Both the position numbers and the translations under genes were made by a program. Source: a bacterium (GTDB lineage: Bacteria; Patescibacteriota; Minisyncoccia; Phycocordibacterales; PALSA-1337). From it: 62,375 bases of DNA. How positions within the stretch are numbered: the stretch's first letter is position 1; each line of letters starts with the position of its first letter. Location: positions 1-62,375 of the forward strand of contig JAJXVL010000001.1 in assembly GCA_021782175.1 (NCBI GenBank), read 5' to 3'. Shown piece by piece: positions 56,422-62,375 of the stretch. The notes under the pieces were generated by a model, which did no database searches, was not told where the DNA came from, and saw only the letters and a program-made list of their open reading frames with translations.

Positions 56422-57273
56422 CTACTTCGCCTGCTCGACAATCAACTGAGCTTCTGTGAGCACCGCTTCGGCTGCCGCGGCTTTGACGCCAATCTCCCCC
56501 AGAATTTGCGGAGTACCAATGAGATCAACGCAAGCCAAGACATCACGACCGATCAAGTCTTTCTTCTGATCATGAGACAAACTAGTCAGACAAGTGATCG
56601 GGTGCAAGCCGTTCTGCTCAATCACCTGGTGCAAGCCACCTTGCGCTGGGTAATTCCAACCAATCATTTTCAGACCGACGCACTCGGCGTATTTCACAGC
56701 CGCTTCCGTGAACTTGGTGTTTGTTGCCAACCAACGGCCGTTCTTCGAGAGTTGACGCTTCTCACCACCAAAGTCAAAAGTTTGTTCGGCCAAGTCGTCG
56801 AAGCGCGCTTTGACATAGAGGGCTACTTTCAAATCAGACTTCAAGCCCAATTCATTGTGGAATTTGGCTTCGGCCATGGCCAGCTCCGCACCTTTCCAAG
56901 CCACCACGTCTACTTCATGCTCCACGCAGGTGCCTTTCAGAACCTGATCAGTGACAGTTTCATAGCCCCACAAGCGGAAAATTCGGGCCATGAACTTCTC
57001 AAAAGGAAACCCATCCGGACCAAGTTCAAACAAAGCTCTCCTGATCGAATACTTTACCGCGGTTGGATGGTGGTTCTGGCGCAAGAGTGCAAAAGCGCGG
57101 CTGTAAATATCTGTTGTGGGCATGCCATCCCACATCTCCCCGTTGATTTCTTTGACGATCTGATTGATAACCGGCTCGTTGGCTCCGACTTTTTTCAGCG
57201 AGGTGACAAGCTTATGCTCATCAAAAAGTTCTTTTTGGCCGTTTGATTTGGTGACAGAAAAAGTAGGGTTCAT
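56422..57273 (-). CDS. ATP-cone domain fused to a PD-(D/E)xK (Mrr-like) restriction-endonuclease-fold domain
   Basis: The N-terminus VTKSNGQKELFDEHKLVTSLKKVG... is ATP-cone-like. It is followed by GFPFEKF...EVDVVAW...AMAEAKF, which gives a D...ExK pattern. Confidence 0.65.
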   Translation of the reverse strand: MNPTFSVTKSNGQKELFDEHKLVTSLKKVGANEPVINQIVKEINGEMWDGMPTTDIYSRAFALLRQNHHPTAVKYSIRRALFELGPDGFPFEKFMARIFRLWGYETVTDQVLKGTCVEHEVDVVAWKGAELAMAEAKFHNELGLKSDLKVALYVKARFDDLAEQTFDFGGEKRQLSKNGRWLATNTKFTEAAVKYAECVGLKMIGWNYPAQGGLHQVIEQNGLHPITCLTSLSHDQKKDLIGRDVLACVDLIGTPQILGEIGVKAAAAEAVLTEAQLIVEQAK

Positions 57274-57282
57274 TGGTGATTA

Positions 57283-58401
57283 TTATACGATAATTCCGCC
57301 ACCGAGGCACTCTTCACCTCGATACAAGACCAGGGATTGTCCGGGGGTGATAGTGTTCTGAGCTTTGGCGAAAGTTATCGTAGCGGTATCAGCAGTGGCA
57401 GTTGTGACTGTTCCCTGAAACAGAGCTTCGCGATAGCGGCCGCGCATTTCCACGATTTGTGACAGGGGCGCGTGGCCGGAGAGCCAGTTGGTACGCCGAA
57501 GAGTTGCCTGGGTGGTAGCGTTATCCGTCAAATCATTTGTTTTACGATTGGCTACGGTGATAGTGTTCAGCTTCATATTTTTGCCAACAACGAAATAAGG
57601 CTCATCGTGAGGGGTTTTCCTGGTGATTTCAAAGCCGTGTCTTTCGCCGATCGTGAAAAAAGCCGCTCCGGGATGCATGCCGATATTTTGTCCAGAAACA
57701 TCCAAGACTTGGCCCGGTTTGGTTTCGATGTAGTGGCCCAAGAACTCCTTGAGATCAACATGGCCGATGAAACAGAGACCCTGACTGTCCTTCTTGGTGG
57801 CATTGGGTAGTTTGAATTTCTCTGCCAGGCGGCGTACTTCTGGCTTGGTCAGATGGCCGACTGGGAACATGATATGGGCCAAGTCTGCTTGGTTGAGTGT
57901 CCAGAGGAAATAAGATTGGTCTTTGTTACTGTCAGCACCTTTGCTGAGATGATAGGTGGTTTGACCGGCTTTTGTTTGGTCGCTCGTTACCTGAGCATAA
58001 TGGCCAGTGGCCACAAAATCAGCTCCTTGTTCTGCAGCATAACGCCAAAAAGCGCCGAACTTCACTTCGCGATTGCACATCACATCAGGATTGGGGGTTC
58101 GTCCGGCAGCGTATTCAGAGAGCATGTAGTCTATGACACCGGTTTTGTATTCCTGAGAAAGATCCAGGGTTTCGAAAGGAATCCGGAGATGAGCCGCTAC
58201 TCTCATGGCTGATAAACGTTCCTCCTTCCAAGAACATTCGAGCCAATCCGGCTGCCAAACCTTGATGAAGATGCCGGTGACATCATAGCCAGCCTGCTTG
58301 AGTAGGGCGGCGGAAACAGCGCTGTCTACCCCACCCGACAGGCCGACAAAAATTTTCCTTTTAGGAATTTTGTTAATTTTTATATCAGATTTTTTTCCCA
58401 T
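57283..58401 (-). CDS. mnmA: tRNA-specific 2-thiouridylase MnmA
   Basis: It has the PP-loop GLSGGVDSAV and MnmA-like sequence throughout. Confidence 0.92.
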   Translation of the reverse strand: MGKKSDIKINKIPKRKIFVGLSGGVDSAVSAALLKQAGYDVTGIFIKVWQPDWLECSWKEERLSAMRVAAHLRIPFETLDLSQEYKTGVIDYMLSEYAAGRTPNPDVMCNREVKFGAFWRYAAEQGADFVATGHYAQVTSDQTKAGQTTYHLSKGADSNKDQSYFLWTLNQADLAHIMFPVGHLTKPEVRRLAEKFKLPNATKKDSQGLCFIGHVDLKEFLGHYIETKPGQVLDVSGQNIGMHPGAAFFTIGERHGFEITRKTPHDEPYFVVGKNMKLNTITVANRKTNDLTDNATTQATLRRTNWLSGHAPLSQIVEMRGRYREALFQGTVTTATADTATITFAKAQNTITPGQSLVLYRGEECLGGGIIV

Positions 58402-58402
58402 A

Positions 58403-59305
58403 TTATTTTTCTGAAAACAACCCCTCTGATTGCCATTTCAAAATTAAATTGCGAACAAAATTGAGAGAATGCAACGCTTCTATTTTATCTAGCACTATGT
58501 TTTCAGATAATAGATCTACACGTTGTCTATGTTTAATAAATTCTATCCTGTATTCATCAAGAAATTGAGATGTGCTTAAAGCTTGTCCGAGTTGAAGAAA
58601 TGATTTTGAAACATCCGCAGCAAGTTTTTTATAGGTTTCCTCGTTATAATTGTTAGAATAGTCGTCTCTGATTATTTTACTAAAATTACTCTCGCCGCCA
58701 CCTCCCCAATAACCAGTAAGTTTTCCTGCTAATTCTACAATGCGGTGCCCATCAAATACTGCTGTTTGTAAGGCTTCGTCAGATCTTCCTACACAGTCGT
58801 TATACCGCGTCTCATTAAATGCTGATTCGGCTTCCTTAACCTTCACTCTTATATCATTTATATCTATAAGATCTGCTAGAGATAAAGTGTCGTAACACGT
58901 TTCAAATTCCTTTGAAAAAACTTCTTTTAGGAAATCTTCAGTGTACCCTTGATATTTAATAAGAGTTTCAAATGAAGGCACATCACCGCGGTGATGAACA
59001 TTATTCCTCTCTTCGTGTAAATTTCCAATTTTTGAACTTGTCGGTAATTTTTCCAAGTTTTTTAATAAATCGTAGTATTCCCAATGTTTCTTTGGGTTAT
59101 TATTTTTATCTTTTGGTAATGATATTTTTTTATAATCTACAAATATTTTCATTACCATTTCCACTGAATTATCAAAACAGTGTATCGCTAATAGTCTATC
59201 GATAGTAGAGCTTGTATTTTTTGCAAAATCAGACCCACGCATGAACATAGCCTTAACAATAACAAGAGAATGTATGACCCTTATTTTTTCCTGCTCTGTA
59301 CTCAT
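58403..59305 (-). CDS. AT-rich hypothetical protein with a possible HEPN-like R-x4-H motif (ERNNVHHRG)
   Basis: 300 aa, helical and Lys/Asn/Glu-rich. It lies 1 nt from the mnmA start, and its ATG overlaps the mltG stop (ATGA). Confidence 0.45.
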   Translation of the reverse strand: MSTEQEKIRVIHSLVIVKAMFMRGSDFAKNTSSTIDRLLAIHCFDNSVEMVMKIFVDYKKISLPKDKNNNPKKHWEYYDLLKNLEKLPTSSKIGNLHEERNNVHHRGDVPSFETLIKYQGYTEDFLKEVFSKEFETCYDTLSLADLIDINDIRVKVKEAESAFNETRYNDCVGRSDEALQTAVFDGHRIVELAGKLTGYWGGGGESNFSKIIRDDYSNNYNEETYKKLAADVSKSFLQLGQALSTSQFLDEYRIEFIKHRQRVDLLSENIVLDKIEALHSLNFVRNLILKWQSEGLFSEK

Positions 59306-60258
59306 AAGTTGAGATACTTGGCCTTGTTGGCATTATGTCCTTCCAGTGTCGTAGCGTAGTGCATGACACCGTCTTTGCCAGAAAGGTAGAACCAGTATGG
59401 CGTATTGGTCGGCTGGACAGTGTCTAGGATAGCGTCCAAGCCAGGATTATCAATCGGCGTGGGTGGCAAGCCTGTATGCAGATAGAGGTTGTATGGTGAA
59501 GCGGTCTTGAGATCATCCAAGGTCAATTGATCCAGTGGTTTGTTCAGGAAGTAAGCAAAAGGCGGATCAACCTGCAGAGCCATGCCGCTTGTGAGACGGT
59601 GCCAGAGAATGCCCGCCACAATCCTGCGGTCAGTACTCGAAGTAGCCTCTTTCTCAACGATGGAAGCCATCTTGATCACTTGGGAAAGTGGCTGGTCGAA
59701 GTGTCCGATCACATCGTTGATTGTTGCTAGTTTGTTTTGGAAAATAGTCTGCATGTCAGTAACCACCTTGTTGGGTGTGACGTTGGTTGGCCAGAAATAA
59801 GTATCCGGGAAGAGGTACCCCTCATCTTTCTTGGCTATCGTGATGAAAGTATCACTATCAAATCCGGGTATGCTTTTCTTGATTAGTTTGGCGATATCAA
59901 CAGAACTACTTCCTTCGGGAATAGTTACCTTGACCAAAGGAAACCCTTCTAGGCCATGTGTGGTTCGATAGGCAATGCGCAAAACCGACTGTGGACTATC
60001 GAAAAGATACTGTCCTGATTTGACCCCTCGGGTACCGCCATCGATAAGTACTGCGTATATTTTGTACATCCAGGTTGATTTGATCAAACCTTTTGATTCG
60101 AGTAAGTCGGCCGTCTGGCTCAGAGTAGTACCGGGAGCAATGTTTACAACAGTCTGGCCTGGAAAATTGAGCGGCGAAATAGAGGCCCCAACCACACCAA
60201 AAATAGCGGCCACAACCGCCAAACCAGCGAGGATGGTGATGAACAGTCGTTTATCCAT
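59302..60258 (-). CDS. mltG: Endolytic murein transglycosylase MltG (YceG-like)
   Basis: It has an N-terminal TM helix, a YceG-like core (ASIVEKEA...GILWHRL) and a PYNLYLHTGLPPTPI motif. Confidence 0.88.
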   Translation of the reverse strand: MDKRLFITILAGLAVVAAIFGVVGASISPLNFPGQTVVNIAPGTTLSQTADLLESKGLIKSTWMYKIYAVLIDGGTRGVKSGQYLFDSPQSVLRIAYRTTHGLEGFPLVKVTIPEGSSSVDIAKLIKKSIPGFDSDTFITIAKKDEGYLFPDTYFWPTNVTPNKVVTDMQTIFQNKLATINDVIGHFDQPLSQVIKMASIVEKEATSSTDRRIVAGILWHRLTSGMALQVDPPFAYFLNKPLDQLTLDDLKTASPYNLYLHTGLPPTPIDNPGLDAILDTVQPTNTPYWFYLSGKDGVMHYATTLEGHNANKAKYLNL

Positions 60259-60259
60259 A

Positions 60260-61537
60260 TTAGATTGGCAGATTGCTCGGCGCTTCGGCCTTCTTGGACG
60301 GGACGCGTTCCAAGCCAGGCGTAGCCGCGACTGTACCCGGGAAGTGGTAAATAGTCGCCAATTCCTCAGTATTCAGAACGACTACTTTGGAATTCTGGAA
60401 TGGCGGATAAAAAGCGGAACGCCGACGGTAGGCCTTGAGAGCAGCCTTGGAAATATAGTTACGGCGCATATTGCGGTAGTCCTGCCAGGGATAATCAGAA
60501 ACTTTGGAGGTCCATTTGCCGCTCGGTTTGAAGCCATTCAAGTGTTCCGTGTTGAACTGTTTCAGGCAGGAAATAATACCGCCGATACCAAAAGGTGTAT
60601 CGAAAGATTCTTTCTTGGCGATATACATGGTTCGGATACAAACATCAAAAGGCATTTTGGTCACACTGCGCTCCAGAGCTTTGACTACCTCTTGTTCTCC
60701 ATGAGAGATCGTGGGTAGTTTGGCAAAGCCGGTATCCGGATTGACTTCCCCGGCTACCTTGGTTTTCTTGTCACGAATGAGGATTTTGTTTACCTCTTCC
60801 TGGGCCAAATCTTTCCAGCGGTCAGTTTTGCCCCAGAGGGTGCCTTTCTTGTGCTGCTCTTTCTTGTGAGCACGCACGATGAATTGGAACCAAGCTTGTT
60901 CATTGGGTCTCAGACTGCCCAACCATTCGATGGTATGAGTGAGCGGATCAATCTTGAATTCTTCCTTGGGGTCCTTGTCCAGACCGTAATCAATATAGGT
61001 CTTGATGGGATAAGGGTCAGGCTTGGTGCATTCGAACTCCGCGGCCCAAACTTTCCAGATCTTGGGGTCGAATTGGACTTCCTTGGCATAGTCGGTACGT
61101 TCGGTGATTTCGATGCCGGGATATTGAGCATATAGTGCCGACATCAAGTTCTGTTTGCGTCGATCCTCAGTCCAGATCATGAATTTCACTTGACCTTCGA
61201 TGGAGATGATTTCCAGGGAATACCACGGTCTGGTATCACCTTTCCAGTATTGGCCGTACCAATTGCCATCAGCGGTGTTGTGGATAGCCTGCAAGACAGT
61301 TTCCATGGCCAACGGCGATTTCCAGGTGTCCTTGGGCAAACGCAACTCCAGCAAAGTATATTTCAACTTCAAAAAATTCTTGAGTCTCACATAACGCACC
61401 CAAATATCCCAAAAGAGCCTGGCCATGATGACGGCTAGGGCAATTGGCGACAAGAGGATAGTGTAATGCAAAACCGTCGGCCACAAATCCGTATGGAAAA
61501 GATTGCCAAGCAGACTCGCAATATCGGCGTAGGTCAT
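60260..61537 (-). CDS. Membrane-anchored conserved hypothetical protein (Trp/Lys-rich, C-terminal LNTEELATIYHFP motif)
   Basis: A 425-aa ORF with one or two N-terminal TM helices. I cannot name a family with confidence. Confidence 0.5.
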   Translation of the reverse strand: MTYADIASLLGNLFHTDLWPTVLHYTILLSPIALAVIMARLFWDIWVRYVRLKNFLKLKYTLLELRLPKDTWKSPLAMETVLQAIHNTADGNWYGQYWKGDTRPWYSLEIISIEGQVKFMIWTEDRRKQNLMSALYAQYPGIEITERTDYAKEVQFDPKIWKVWAAEFECTKPDPYPIKTYIDYGLDKDPKEEFKIDPLTHTIEWLGSLRPNEQAWFQFIVRAHKKEQHKKGTLWGKTDRWKDLAQEEVNKILIRDKKTKVAGEVNPDTGFAKLPTISHGEQEVVKALERSVTKMPFDVCIRTMYIAKKESFDTPFGIGGIISCLKQFNTEHLNGFKPSGKWTSKVSDYPWQDYRNMRRNYISKAALKAYRRRSAFYPPFQNSKVVVLNTEELATIYHFPGTVAATPGLERVPSKKAEAPSNLPI

Positions 61538-61561
61538 GACGCCATTATTATAGCAGATTAT

Positions 61562-62375
61562 TTAGGCGGCTACCGCGTACTTGCCATCGTTCTGGCGCTT
61601 GAAATATTTGGGATTCTGCAGATTGACGGCTACGGTGTTCTCTTTGACATAACGCTCTTTCATAACCTTGGCGATTACTTCTTCTTTGGTCAGCGGGCCG
61701 TTCTTCTCGATGACGCTCTTGATGACATCGCGGACAATGCCTGGCGCATAACCCCACTCAGCCAGAGCGTAGAGGCCACGGCCAACCAGGACGAAGCGTT
61801 TGTCCTTGATGAGCTCATTGTGAGTTGTGGCAATGTGGGCCTTCTTGTTGAACATCTTTTCGATCTGCTTAGCAACGTCGCGGAAGTGGATCGGTGAGCC
61901 GTGTTTGCGGATGACCAGGAAGGCGTAATCACGGACACCTTTGGTGTGAATATTGGCCGAGTCAGTCGCTCCCCAATCGCCGAGGGAGTTCTTGCCGACC
62001 TTCTTGGAAATGGCGAGCCAGCGTTTGACGATCTCCTGATTCTTGTAACGCTCCGAAACTGATTCGAGGTGTTGGAGGAGACGGTTGACCATCTCTGATT
62101 CTGGAAGGAGGTCTTCGGATGAGAGACCGGCGTAGAGCTTCTTCAGTGCATCCTCGACTTGTTTGGAGAGGGCTTCGTTGACATGCCAGCGATGACGGAA
62201 GTCGTCGTCTTCCTTGATCTTCCTGAAAGGTTCGCCAACTACCAGGAGGAAGTGGATATTGTTCTGCAAAATTTTGTCATGGGAGATGTGGCCGAGGAAA
62301 TCATCTTCGACAACTACGCCGCCGAGCGAGTGGAGCAGAGTTTCAATCTCAGCGAAAACAGCTTTTTCCTGAGCG
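61562..62375 (-). CDS. HARE-HTH domain protein (5' end outside the window)
   Basis: The reading frame stays open to the window edge. The C-terminal half HFRDVAKQIEKMF...NELIKDKRFVLVGRGLYALAEWGY matches the HARE-HTH / RpoE-delta N-terminal pattern. Confidence 0.55.
   Translation of the reverse strand, partial: AQEKAVFAEIETLLHSLGGVVVEDDFLGHISHDKILQNNIHFLLVVGEPFRKIKEDDDFRHRWHVNEALSKQVEDALKKLYAGLSSEDLLPESEMVNRLLQHLESVSERYKNQEIVKRWLAISKKVGKNSLGDWGATDSANIHTKGVRDYAFLVIRKHGSPIHFRDVAKQIEKMFNKKAHIATTHNELIKDKRFVLVGRGLYALAEWGYAPGIVRDVIKSVIEKNGPLTKEEVIAKVMKERYVKENTVAVNLQNPKYFKRQNDGKYAVAA

Overview
A 62.4-kb, gene-dense bacterial window made almost entirely of housekeeping genes. The genes include priA, murA, two mreB copies with mreC, frr, rseP, proS, tsaD, valS, tatD, rmuC, rplU, recR and dnaB. 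They also include cysS, ctp, rplI, rpmA, gltX, murG, ftsW, scpAB, trpS, dnaJ-dnaK-grpE, alaS, mnmA, mltG and an rpsI-to-infA ribosomal/rpoA block. Several features suggest a reduced-genome Patescibacteria/CPR-like organism, but this is inference only: short aminoacyl-tRNA synthetases (AlaRS and ValRS without C-terminal extensions), many small membrane-anchored hypothetical proteins, and lineage-specific insertions. The standard code 11 fits, because TGA, TAA and TAG all end recognisable proteins. I saw no rRNA, tRNA, CRISPR array, transposase or integrase.

The main unexplained signal is non-coding. Six long intergenic spacers (about 2.3 kb summed) are built from one shared set of nested palindromic modules that recur in both orientations. 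The conserved stems carry different loop 'cargo', and some stems show compensatory base-pair substitutions.

Other items worth a second look:
- an XRE-HTH::MurA fusion sitting behind a perfect 22-bp palindrome that contains an extended -10
- a PriA homolog without Walker A/B helicase motifs
- a CorA-like gene split by one in-frame TAA
- three visibly AT-rich patches: an M16 peptidase gene, an internal segment of trpS with a ~55-aa insertion, and a HEPN-like gene wedged between mltG and mnmA
- an ATP-cone::PD-(D/E)xK nuclease gene co-transcribed with a DUF4406-like gene
- several unusual secreted low-complexity or repeat proteins

All protein calls rest on motifs read by eye in the supplied translations. 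No database search was run.
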